Shown here one piece after another: positions 29,903 to 39,299 of a stretch of 64,000 nucleotides of DNA. A program made the position numbers and the translations under genes. The stretch is from a virus, in the IMG/VR virus record IMGVR_UViG_3300031951_000022, positions 93,713 through 157,712 of that record; one strand, 5' to 3'. The notes below the pieces were generated by a model. The model searched no databases, was not told the origin of the DNA, and saw only the letters and a list, made by a program, of their open reading frames with translations. Each line of letters starts with the position of its first letter. Positions within the stretch are counted from its first letter, which is position 1.

Positions 29903-31783
29903 ATTTCTACTCCTTCTATTAAGAGATCTTGTATTGTCATAATCTTATCTAACATCGCTACGCCTAAAACATCAAATTTAATAATACCAATAGCTTCTAG
30001 GTCTTGCATTTCCATTCCGGCAATTAGCTGATTATTTTTACTATCAAAAACCATAGGACATAATTCGCTTAATGGCTCTGAACTAATAGCAATACCAGCC
30101 GCGTGTTTGGACTGATTAGACTTAGTTCCTTCTAATCTAATAGCCTGCTCAAACCTTTTTGCCAACGGCCCCTGTAGTTCTCCTTTGTCGTCAATATAGC
30201 ACCACTCCTTGAGCTTTTCAGAATTATTTTCTAAAGCCCAACGAATAATAGATGCCTCTCCAGTTTCTTCTTTCATTTCTTGTAGTTCATCTGCAATCTT
30301 AGCTTCATCTGGAATATTTTTAGTAATACGATTCATTTCTTCAAAACTAATATTACCATATACTCTTAATACGTCCTTAAGAGCACCTCTTCCCTTGATG
30401 GTGTTAAAGGTAACCATTTGAGATACTTTATCATGACTATACTTATCTTTGATATATTGAATAATTACTTCACGCTTATTAATAGGAACGTCAACATCAA
30501 TATCTGGCATACTAATACGATCTTTGGTGTTTCGGCCAGAATTATAAAATCTATCAAAGAATAGGTTGTATTTGATTGGATCAATACTGGTAATACCTAT
30601 TAGATATGATACCAGACATCCAGCCGCACTTCCTCGTCCCGGTCCCGGAAGCCACCCACTTGTTCGCACATAATTTACAATATCTTGTACTATCAAAAAG
30701 TAGCTACTTAAATTCGCCCCCTGTAAAACATCTAGTTCATATTTGATTCTATCTACATATTGTTGTTGATCGTCTTTTGGTATGATATTAGCAATTTTTT
30801 CTTTCCAGCCCTTACGACAAAGCTCTCTAAGATATTCTGCGTCATCAAAACCTTTCGGACAATCAAATGGAGGTAGTTTAGGCTTGCTTAGGATATCATA
30901 TTCTTCTATAAGACTAGCCACATATTGTGTGTTTGCTATTTCTTCTTCTGTATGCAAGGCTGCCATTTCTTCTTGAGAAAGAATATGGTAATTATCTGAT
31001 GTGAAAAAGCATCCCATAGGCACATCTTCGTCATTACTAATCTTACGACTAATTTCTGGAAATGTAGTTTTCAAATTGTTACAGAGCAAAATGCGCTGAT
31101 CAATAGCGTCCTCTTTACGACAATAATGTGCGTCTGGAGTACAAATAACTTTTGTATCTGTTTGCTTACCAATTTCTCTAATAGCTTTTGTAAGCTCTTT
31201 TTGTACGGTTAGATTTTCGGCATCCATTAGTTGGGCCTCTAAAAACACACCACTAAAGTGCTTCTTAAGATCTAAAACATGATTCTTTCCTAGCTCTAGC
31301 CAGTTTGGTTTGAGTTGATAATTATCCAGAATAGTGTCAGCTAGGGTTGATCCTAGATGTCCGGTGATAGCAATTAAATTACCGTCATTTAAAGCATAGA
31401 GGCTTTTTAGGTCTAGTCTAGGCTTATGATAATAATTCTCCGGTCTATTGGATTCTGATACTATACGAACGAGAGTTTTCCATCCATCATAGTTTTTAGA
31501 CAAAATTAGAAAATGGCTTAATTCTTTATTATGCTTTTCTTTAATGGTTGGATCATTGTCGCAAATATAAAGCTCACAACCAAGAATCGGCTTAATGCCA
31601 GCCTGTTTCATTGCCATATAAAATTTAACAGCACCGGCAATATTACCATGATCTGTGATAGCACATGCTGTTGCTCCAATCTCTTTGCATCTTTCTGCCA
31701 TTTGTTCTGGTTTAGATAGTCCATCCAAAAGTGAGAACATAGCCCACTTAGGAATGGACATGAAGCGGTATATAGTTGCTCAT
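29899..31783 (-). CDS. dnaE: DNA polymerase III alpha, N-terminal subunit (PHP + palm); frame interrupted by a 10-nt insert at 31741-31750
   Basis: TDHGN, GCE, DAHY, GPGRGSAAGCLVSY, PDIDVD, KHAAG, IKFDVLG; upstream 11-codon frame MSNYIPLHVHS (31783-31751) supplies the missing HxH motif; 624 aa if the insert is skipped. Confidence 0.9.
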
Positions 31784-31791
31784 GTCCATCC
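31719..31791 (-). other. Structured candidate recoding element (10-nt coding gap plus alternative hairpins)
   Basis: UCC UAA GUGGGCU AUG; 15-bp hairpin 31719-31759; competing hairpin 31751-31791. Confidence 0.65.
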
Positions 31792-32100
31792 AATTTTCTC
31801 CTTGTTGGCTACGACCTTCTCACATAATTTAATAAATATATGTAAAGGAAAGTCTAGTTTCATTTTATTAATATCTTTTTTGACCCACCAAACATTATTT
31901 TTGACGTATCCTTTAGAACTATCAATTCTATCTAATGACCCGTCTTTGTCAAGATCAATTTCTTCGCCTGTGATGGCACACTTTTTATTCTGGGTTTCTG
32001 TATAAAGTTTCCACAAAAATTCAATGGGTATGTAGCTATTCAGCCGAGCCAGGAGCCTTGTACTTTCCAATAGTATATCCCGGAACTGTGTATTCGTCAA
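31780..32100 (-). pseudogene. Free-standing HNH-type endonuclease, apparently N-terminally truncated
   Basis: FLWKLY..QNKKCAITG...SLDRIDSSKGYVKNNVWWVKKDINKMK; only the nuclease core present; ATG lies inside the upstream gene. Confidence 0.65.
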
Positions 32101-33079
32101 CTACATTTTCCATCCCCTTGAGTTGAATATCATGCTTAATTTGTTCGCACTTGGTCATTGCTGTATCAACAGAACACAACTGACCATCTCTATACTCAAG
32201 GATTGGTAGAACATGACTATTTTGAAATGTTGTTTTACCAAAATGACAAAGCTTATTACATTTCCAAGACTTATTTAATTGAGGGACTTTAGTGCTTTTA
32301 ATTGTTTCAAATTTTTGCCTAATCATATCTTCTGTTTTGGGCAGGTCGTTCTTATCGTAGCATATGCTAAATGCTCCGCCATCATTAATGAAATTAATTG
32401 TGAATATGATATGTTCTATTTTTGGATACAGCTGACTTACAGCATAATGATAAATTCTTAATTGGGGGTCATTATGTAATTTTGCTAAGGTTTTTTCTTC
32501 GCCAGTTGCCCAATCTAATCTACGACCAGTTTTCCAGTCTACAATTTCAATAGTATTATCGTCAATAGAGGTAATAAGGTCAATAGTGCCTTTAATAGCC
32601 AATTGTCCTTCTAGAATTTCTCCATCAATATTGTATTTATAATTAGCCCACGGCTTATTGATCACAATATCAAAGTGCTGCTCTGGCTGTAGTATGTTTC
32701 TCAACCTAGGGTCAAAGGATTTGTTGTGGTCTGTGATTGCTTTATAGCACCACTTGTGGCAGTCTTTAAAATCTTTAACATCCCACTCATGGTGTTTAAA
32801 CTGGGACGTATAATAATCATAGACCTGTTCAATAATATGGTCTAAATTATACTTGTCAACACTAATGTCTCCAAGAATATCGTCATTATATATTTTTTGA
32901 TTATTCTGTGTACATAGCTTAATATGGGCTAATATTTCTAATACCTTATGACAAATTGTGCCTTTATCGGCTTTAATTCCAGATGGCGAACGTATACCTA
33001 GGACATATTCAATAAAATACTGTTGAGGACACATAGAGTGTGTTCCATAAGAACTGCTTCTTAAATATGTGATTATAAT
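32036..33079 (-). CDS. Cas4/RecB-like PD-(D/E)XK exonuclease
   Basis: CPQQY, GTICHKVLE, KGTIDL, IVDWKTG, QLRIYHYA, C-terminal Cys cluster; probable ATT start at 33079 (first ATG 33034). Confidence 0.85.
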   Translation of the reverse strand: MIITYLRSSSYGTHSMCPQQYFIEYVLGIRSPSGIKADKGTICHKVLEILAHIKLCTQNNQKIYNDDILGDISVDKYNLDHIIEQVYDYYTSQFKHHEWDVKDFKDCHKWCYKAITDHNKSFDPRLRNILQPEQHFDIVINKPWANYKYNIDGEILEGQLAIKGTIDLITSIDDNTIEIVDWKTGRRLDWATGEEKTLAKLHNDPQLRIYHYAVSQLYPKIEHIIFTINFINDGGAFSICYDKNDLPKTEDMIRQKFETIKSTKVPQLNKSWKCNKLCHFGKTTFQNSHVLPILEYRDGQLCSVDTAMTKCEQIKHDIQLKGMENVVDEYTVPGYTIGKYKAPGSAE

Positions 33080-33714
33080 GGTAGTATTCCTTGATTTTGA
33101 AGAAAGGTCAAAATTGTATTGTTTTTTTGTTCAAGTGTCATATTAGAGTTATCTAATACTAGACTAAATCTTGTCCAATCATAATTATCTGGATCTAATG
33201 CTCGTTCTGGTTCAGAGTCTGAGTTGAATATGTCTTTGGTTAGTCTGATAACTATTCCATTATTATCTAATACGCTATTTACCTCATTAGGGAAGCGATT
33301 GTCTAAAATAATAGCCAAATCATGCTGCTCTCTATATATCTTTGATATAGTAGCATCCACCCAAATATTACCGTACATTTTACGAAAAATTTCAGTGCCA
33401 ATAACCTCCATTACCTGTCGCCCAGTAAGATAGTCATTAGTAACCATGTCATTATAGTGTTTTTGCTGAATCTCTATAGGCATATCTGACCAACGAATAT
33501 TGGTTAAAGTATTCTTATCCTCGTCTGTACCATAGCACTGCTCATGTGTTAATCCTAGCAGATTCATACAGATGTCTTGTTTTAATGGATCAGCAAAGCT
33601 ATATAGCTTGCAAGAAATTGGTAGGAAATTTTGCTTAATAAACTTTTCTACAAATTCCCCTGAAGTACTTTTGCCAGATTGTTTTCTTCCAGAAAAGGCT
33701 AAGATTTTTGTCAT
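33073..33714 (-). CDS. Deoxynucleoside monophosphate kinase
   Basis: SGRKQSGKST, SFADPLK, RQVMEVIGTE, DNRFPNE. Confidence 0.85.
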   Translation of the reverse strand: MTKILAFSGRKQSGKSTSGEFVEKFIKQNFLPISCKLYSFADPLKQDICMNLLGLTHEQCYGTDEDKNTLTNIRWSDMPIEIQQKHYNDMVTNDYLTGRQVMEVIGTEIFRKMYGNIWVDATISKIYREQHDLAIILDNRFPNEVNSVLDNNGIVIRLTKDIFNSDSEPERALDPDNYDWTRFSLVLDNSNMTLEQKNNTILTFLQNQGILPL

Positions 33715-34856
33715 ACAATACTTTCTAAGTAGGTTTTGATTTCTGTATTAATTTCTTCCTTGCTCATTTCGCCAACGTCTGATTTGCTGATTTGCGGAAT
33801 AAAAATTCTGTATGTATTCTGACACTTATTTTTGATTTGTTCTGCTGCTTTCCGTCCAGCGTCATCGTTATCTGTAAGAATAATAAGGCTCATAGCTCCG
33901 GAAGAATCTAATAGTATTTTTTGTCTATCGCTTAAAGAAGACCCAAACATAGCAACACTATTGTGTATACCATTTTCTTCTAGTCTCCAAACATTACCCG
34001 GACTTTCAACAATAATCGCAATGCCGCTTTTTAAAATATGCTCTTTAGCAAACCAGAAGTTATACAAATAGTTTTGACTCTTAAAGTCAGCATTATGCTT
34101 CCACTTGGGAAACTTCCATGAGTTCTCCGATGTGGGGCAAGGATTGGATGAACTGTGATATGCTTTGCAAGCGGGGCATTTTTCATATGTGCTACGGCCT
34201 GTGCATCCTACCATGAAGTCATAATTATTATCATAGATCGGAACCACCACTCTGTCACTCATCTCCTTGCCTTCTTTGGTACATAATCCAACATCATACT
34301 TGTTTAGTACTTCTGCTGAATAGCTTCTATCTATATAGTATTGGGCAGGAATGGCTAGGGACTTAACAATCTGACTTCTCTTAACTAGATTTGTACTTTG
34401 TACCGGCTGATTCTGTAAATAATTAACAACGCTTGTGAACTGTCTTTTTTCTCTATCTGTCTTGGAGATTTTTATGCTGTCCAAGTCTTTATTGATAAAG
34501 CCCGTTGCAAAATCTACGGCTTCCTTAAATGAACACGTTGTGTTACCGGGTTCTCTCCAACCATATTTTTGATTAGAGATTATTCCCCTGATGAATCCTA
34601 TTACAGAACCCTTAAAGGTTTTTTCACATCCGTGTGTGCGACACTTCCAGTTGCCTCTATAGTTGTCTCCTTCTGGATATAGATTTAATGCCGAGATATT
34701 ATCTCCACCATGAATAGGACAGGACATGGTAATCATTTTATGATTAAACTTAAATTCTAAACCAAAATGTTCCAGCACAGACTCTATATCGTCGCAAATT
34801 TCATCGCAAACTACTTTGAGTTTTGCCTGATCATTCAAAGGGGATTTCTTCTTCAT
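33711..34856 (-). CDS. dnaG: DNA primase (Zn finger + TOPRIM)
   Basis: CPIHGGDN...CRTHGC, IVES, TDNDDAG, SDVGE. Confidence 0.9.
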   Translation of the reverse strand: MKKKSPLNDQAKLKVVCDEICDDIESVLEHFGLEFKFNHKMITMSCPIHGGDNISALNLYPEGDNYRGNWKCRTHGCEKTFKGSVIGFIRGIISNQKYGWREPGNTTCSFKEAVDFATGFINKDLDSIKISKTDREKRQFTSVVNYLQNQPVQSTNLVKRSQIVKSLAIPAQYYIDRSYSAEVLNKYDVGLCTKEGKEMSDRVVVPIYDNNYDFMVGCTGRSTYEKCPACKAYHSSSNPCPTSENSWKFPKWKHNADFKSQNYLYNFWFAKEHILKSGIAIIVESPGNVWRLEENGIHNSVAMFGSSLSDRQKILLDSSGAMSLIILTDNDDAGRKAAEQIKNKCQNTYRIFIPQISKSDVGEMSKEEINTEIKTYLESIV

Positions 34857-36285
34857 TAGAGTAGTCATCTACTATAAAGCCTTCATTATTAGTTTTAACG
34901 TTGTTTACAATTTCTAGTCTCGTTCTACCTTCTGTAATCTTAGCACACCAACCCTTCATGAAACAATTAATATAATCGTTATCATCCAAACCTCCTCCGT
35001 GACGACTAATAACCGGGATTAATTTTCTATTACCATTATCGGAACCATCTTCCGCTATTTCTTCGTCGCTCTTACGTTTGAAAATACTAAAATTGCTACA
35101 TAACCATATAATACGATCTGATCCGCTTGCAGAGTCAGTACTTTCTTTAGTTATACCGTCTCTGTTTAACTGAATAAAGGCCACAATAGGCACCTTATAT
35201 CTTACAGCAAAATTATGTAGACTGGTCATCATAAAGCCTAATACCTGATATTCTTTCAAGTCTTGACTAATACCAGCGCTATCCATGAGTTTTAGATAGT
35301 CATAAAATATAACACATTCTTTAGCTGTTCCGTCATCATTTAAGCCAACCTCTTTTACAAGCCATCTTCTCATAATCGCCAGCTGATCTTCAAATGGCTT
35401 ACCGGCTATACTTTTATGATATAGCTTCATGTTCTTTAGTTCTTGTACAGATTTACTTATTTTATTTTTCTTGTCTGGAGATTCAGAGAACTTTCCAGTT
35501 TCGATAACATTAATTTCTATCTCGCTCATCATAGCTAATAATCTGTGAATATGATCTTCTTTATTCATTTCTGTATCCATGTTTAAAACAGGAATACCTA
35601 GGGAAGCAATATTTTTACCCATATTATCTGACAATAGTGTTTTACCGGTTTTGGGTCTAGCTCCGATAACATTAATAGTTCCTTTTCTTAATCCTCCCCC
35701 TATTGCCTGATCATAAATGGGAAAGCCGGTAGGAATACCTACTTGATCGATCTTATTTTCTTCAAGGTTCTTAATATATTCTTCTACAGTAGCCCCAATT
35801 TGTTCGGGTCCAGAATCAGCATCATTAAGCAGTGAAGTGAAGTTAAAGATGCTATCTTCCGCTATTGCGATAATTGAAGATATGGGTTCATTACCACTAA
35901 CGTCTAAGATTTTATCTTGTGCTTGTTCTAGTTGTTTTCTCAGGAGTCTTGCGATTTCTAGCTTGCGAATTTTTGCAGCAAATCTTCTAACATTCTCTAG
36001 ACTTACTGGAAAATCCATAATAGCCTTGAGATGCTGTGTCTCTTCTTTTTTAGACAAGATATGAGAGACACCAATTTCCTGGGCTGTAGAATATATAGAT
36101 GCAATATCAATTGTGTTAGTATTATTGTCACATAACGTTTTTAAACATTTATAAATGATACTATTACTATCAATAGTAAAAGAGCTTTCCTGAATAATAT
36201 CTGCTATATCCAAATAAGCAGCATCTCCATATGTACAAATACCAGCCAAAACCGCTCTTTCTGCGGCGGGATCACACAAAATCAT
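34831..36285 (-). CDS. dnaB: Replicative DNA helicase
   Basis: AERAVLA, GIPTGF, GARPKTGKT, YDYLKLM, QLNR; start at TAATG 36285. Confidence 0.95.
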   Translation of the reverse strand: MILCDPAAERAVLAGICTYGDAAYLDIADIIQESSFTIDSNSIIYKCLKTLCDNNTNTIDIASIYSTAQEIGVSHILSKKEETQHLKAIMDFPVSLENVRRFAAKIRKLEIARLLRKQLEQAQDKILDVSGNEPISSIIAIAEDSIFNFTSLLNDADSGPEQIGATVEEYIKNLEENKIDQVGIPTGFPIYDQAIGGGLRKGTINVIGARPKTGKTLLSDNMGKNIASLGIPVLNMDTEMNKEDHIHRLLAMMSEIEINVIETGKFSESPDKKNKISKSVQELKNMKLYHKSIAGKPFEDQLAIMRRWLVKEVGLNDDGTAKECVIFYDYLKLMDSAGISQDLKEYQVLGFMMTSLHNFAVRYKVPIVAFIQLNRDGITKESTDSASGSDRIIWLCSNFSIFKRKSDEEIAEDGSDNGNRKLIPVISRHGGGLDDNDYINCFMKGWCAKITEGRTRLEIVNNVKTNNEGFIVDDYSNEEEIPFE

Positions 36286-36662
36286 TAGCCTGCTCCTGTT
36301 GAACACTTGTTGCACTTATATCTTTCTATAGACTCGATCAACATTGGTGCAACTTTGTCTTTTTTTCCGCAAACACGACACTGCACCTTGATATGTTCAA
36401 ATGGTGGCTTTCTCTCTGATGGTGGAGGCTTACGGATTTTCTTATCAATCTCCACATCTTCTTTGCACATGTTAAACTCAGGCATCCTACTGAATTTGTT
36501 CAAAGACTTTTTCTTTTTGGGTTGAGTAGCGGTTTCCTTCTTCACCCTCGTTTTTTTGGGCTGTGTAGTTGGAGTTATATTTTGTTCAGTTTGTGGTTCT
36601 TCTACAAGGCCACGCTGTAATATTGCTATTAGTTGTTTAATATCATCATTATTAAGACCCAT
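36285..36662 (-). CDS. Zn-finger hypothetical protein
   Basis: CRVC...CNKC. Confidence 0.6.
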   Translation of the reverse strand: MGLNNDDIKQLIAILQRGLVEEPQTEQNITPTTQPKKTRVKKETATQPKKKKSLNKFSRMPEFNMCKEDVEIDKKIRKPPPSERKPPFEHIKVQCRVCGKKDKVAPMLIESIERYKCNKCSTGAG

Positions 36663-37140
36663 GTTTCACCTTTGTTTTTTGAACTGACAAGATAATATCC
36701 GACAGGTTTTTTAACCCATTAGCCAAATAAGATAGTCTGTCGCTTCTTTGCTTGGCGTATTTCTTAATATTATTCACAGATTGGGCCTTGTCATTATGTT
36801 TAATAGCTTGTCCAGATTTTTCTAAATAGCCATAGCCTTTATAATTATTAATCTCATCTGCTATTAAATCTTTTAATGTTTCGTCTGCCCAATTGTATCT
36901 AGCTATTTCTCTATTAATTGTTCTTTGTGTATGAAAACTAAATTGGCCTAACCGATATGCTATTTGAGCACAATCTTCTGGTGTGAGCTTTTCTATTGTA
37001 TCTCTACTCATCGTTAAATATTGATTAAGTTCATCAGACGGCATAGTATCATCCTTATAGGTAGAAAAGCCTATGGACTGCTCATATTCATCTAATATTT
37101 CGTCCCAATATTTTACTTCGTCTTTCGCTGTTTTAAGCAT
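36652..37140 (-). CDS. Helical hypothetical protein (UvsY-like position)
   Basis: Coiled-coil-like, between recA and dnaB; start at 37140. Confidence 0.5.
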   Translation of the reverse strand: MLKTAKDEVKYWDEILDEYEQSIGFSTYKDDTMPSDELNQYLTMSRDTIEKLTPEDCAQIAYRLGQFSFHTQRTINREIARYNWADETLKDLIADEINNYKGYGYLEKSGQAIKHNDKAQSVNNIKKYAKQRSDRLSYLANGLKNLSDIILSVQKTKVKHGS

Positions 37141-37540
37141 TGGAAATCCTTTCAAGCCAGATATCCGGAGATTCATTATAGGCTAATGATAAATATGTTA
37201 TATTGTTAATGTCGCACCACTCTTCTTTTTCTCTATCTCTCTTTTGGGCCTTCAAAAAGTTTAATACCGTACTGTGATAGAATGATATAAACTTATAATG
37301 TTGCTCACCATGAACTTCAAAACAAATCTTTTTAAGTGGAATATAAAAGTCTAAATATAGAGTCTCGTTTTTTCTTAAAGGTATTGGTACTTCCTCTAAT
37401 GTTTGTAGGGTAGGATATGCTAATTTAATTAATTCTCTAGCCTTAAGATGCAAGCTAGACTTATTTGCTATGTTACCCTTGGCCATATTTCCCGTTAATA
37501 GCCAATTATGAGAACCACCATCTAAATCTTTTATTAGCAT
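37133..37540 (-). CDS. Small DUF559/Vsr-like endonuclease
   Basis: LYLDFYIP...FEVHGEQHY...QKRDREKEEWC. Confidence 0.7.
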   Translation of the reverse strand: MLIKDLDGGSHNWLLTGNMAKGNIANKSSLHLKARELIKLAYPTLQTLEEVPIPLRKNETLYLDFYIPLKKICFEVHGEQHYKFISFYHSTVLNFLKAQKRDREKEEWCDINNITYLSLAYNESPDIWLERISNA

Positions 37541-38547
37541 TTTATGCCCATTGTATCCTTAACAGTTTTCACTAAATCATGATACGCTTTAGGATTCTCT
37601 AGTAGATAGTGTCTAACCTTTTCAGCTCCCTGAAATTTAGGCTTATCTTCTAAAGCAGTCAAAGTATACCAAGCACCACCTTTGTGAATGATACCCATGT
37701 CTGAGGCTAGTGTAATAGCTTCCATATATTTGTCAATACCCTGACCATATCTGATATAGCTTGTAATATTTCCTCCGGGTGGCCCTAAAGCAGAACATGC
37801 TACTTGCCACTCTATCTCTTGTCCTATTTGAGTACTATCGGCACTTAGAGTCCAAGGCTTGAAGGTTTTGGCTCTTAGCTTAATGTCTGTCTGATAGGCG
37901 ATAGCCTGACCGCTCTTCTCCTTAAATTCTGCACCATATCCTGTAGGATTACCCATTAGGTGAGTAATGCCAATAACAATATTTTTATTTACTGGAATAA
38001 CATTAGCGACCTTACGACAAAACTTAGCCAATAGTTTTGCTCCATCTGCTCTTTGCATCTTATCCATTTCGCTAGTAATTTCTGCTTCTGTACATAGTGC
38101 AGAGTAAGAGTCTATGATGAGTACGCATCCCGGTATCTCATTAATAATTTTTTCTGCAATCTGTAAATATTCTTCGCCGTGCAGAATCTTACCTTGTTGA
38201 CTACCGATAACGTGAAATCTATCTAAATCTAATCCGGGTATTCCTTCTAGATCTCTTTTTTTCAGTCTACCTTCAATATTTAGGTAGTACACTTCTCTTG
38301 GACTTTTCAAACCTCCTTGATATTCTGGTTTTTGTGCTGTAGCAGCGAAGTCTAGTGATGTTGTGGTTTTGCCGCATTTTGGTTGTCCGGTTAAGATAAC
38401 AAAACTACCTTCTGGTATGCCGCCATTCAAAATAATATCCAATGATGGACTAACAGGAATAATAACATTTTTACGATCAACAATGGCATTACCCGTTAGG
38501 ATAATATCATCTCCAAAGTTTTTTACCACATCGTCTTTAAGACTCAT
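37534..38547 (-). CDS. recA: RecA/UvsX-like recombinase
   Basis: SLDIILNGGIPEG, GQPKCGKTT, IIDSYSAL, GAWY, KFQG. Confidence 0.9.
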   Translation of the reverse strand: MSLKDDVVKNFGDDIILTGNAIVDRKNVIIPVSPSLDIILNGGIPEGSFVILTGQPKCGKTTTSLDFAATAQKPEYQGGLKSPREVYYLNIEGRLKKRDLEGIPGLDLDRFHVIGSQQGKILHGEEYLQIAEKIINEIPGCVLIIDSYSALCTEAEITSEMDKMQRADGAKLLAKFCRKVANVIPVNKNIVIGITHLMGNPTGYGAEFKEKSGQAIAYQTDIKLRAKTFKPWTLSADSTQIGQEIEWQVACSALGPPGGNITSYIRYGQGIDKYMEAITLASDMGIIHKGGAWYTLTALEDKPKFQGAEKVRHYLLENPKAYHDLVKTVKDTMGIKC

Positions 38548-38962
38548 TATCTAATCCCTTTAATTTAGAAATAATATTAGGTTTGACTTTTTGACCACCA
38601 AATTTTACATTATCAGAACGTTGTAGGTTCAATGACAGGTCTTGATTTTCATTACTTAGTTTGATCTGTTCTTGTTCTATGATAGCTGGTAGGTGTGGTG
38701 CTCGCAGAGAATATATTTTTGAAGCCTTGGGATTATTCAAGGCTCTAATAATAGCGGTTTCTGGATATTTTTTTAATAGTTGATACGCAGAAGCTATTTG
38801 ATTCCTATAATATTTTTCCCATTCTTTAGCAACCCAGAATCTATAATGTAGATCCTTCTTATCCTTTTGTGCCATCTTTTCACAGATTAGCTCTGTGATA
38901 TATTGGGCAGCAGATACGCTTTTCCCATTAGAGTACTTAGACGGATATTTTTTATTCGACAT
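38537..38962 (-). CDS. Hypothetical protein
   Basis: 141 aa in operon. Confidence 0.6.
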   Translation of the reverse strand: MSNKKYPSKYSNGKSVSAAQYITELICEKMAQKDKKDLHYRFWVAKEWEKYYRNQIASAYQLLKKYPETAIIRALNNPKASKIYSLRAPHLPAIIEQEQIKLSNENQDLSLNLQRSDNVKFGGQKVKPNIISKLKGLDNES

Positions 38963-38975
38963 ATTCTAACTATTA

Positions 38976-39299
38976 TCAATCTCGCGGCCTGAAGATATAG
39001 CTTTGTGTTCTTTGCTTATGAGCATCCATATTCTTGATAAACTCATCAGAAAGCTGTGCGGCGCTCTCTGTCATAATACTTACTGTATTATTTTTCTTTG
39101 CTGATGTTTGTCTAATCATTAAGTCTTTAGTATGATCTTTTTTAGCCTTAGACGTTTTTTTGGTTTTACCAGCTTTGGCTATGACCGATTCTACCTGAGC
39201 TAAAGAAACCTTCAACTCTGTTGCAATATCTGATACTGACTTGTTTTGATCATACAGATACTTGATGGCGTATTCTGTTGTTTTAGATAGTCTGGGCAT
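38976..39299 (-). CDS. Putative HTH DNA-binding protein
   Basis: SVSDIATELKVSLAQV. Confidence 0.55.
   Translation of the reverse strand: MPRLSKTTEYAIKYLYDQNKSVSDIATELKVSLAQVESVIAKAGKTKKTSKAKKDHTKDLMIRQTSAKKNNTVSIMTESAAQLSDEFIKNMDAHKQRTQSYIFRPRD

Noticed and set aside
29899-31761. ORF-track start MSIPKWA for dnaE-N, or dnaE-N as a pseudogene
   Set aside because: That start omits the conserved HxH strand encoded just upstream in another frame, and the remaining 613 codons show no decay; not formally excluded
31741-32035. Complete group I intron carrying the HNH ORF
   Set aside because: The HNH lies upstream of the dnaE start, not within the interruption; the insert is only 10 nt and no P3-P9 core was recognisable
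32036-33079. CRISPR-Cas system implied by Cas4-like gene
   Set aside because: Solo Cas4-like nucleases are common in phage replication modules; no cas1/cas2 or array seen
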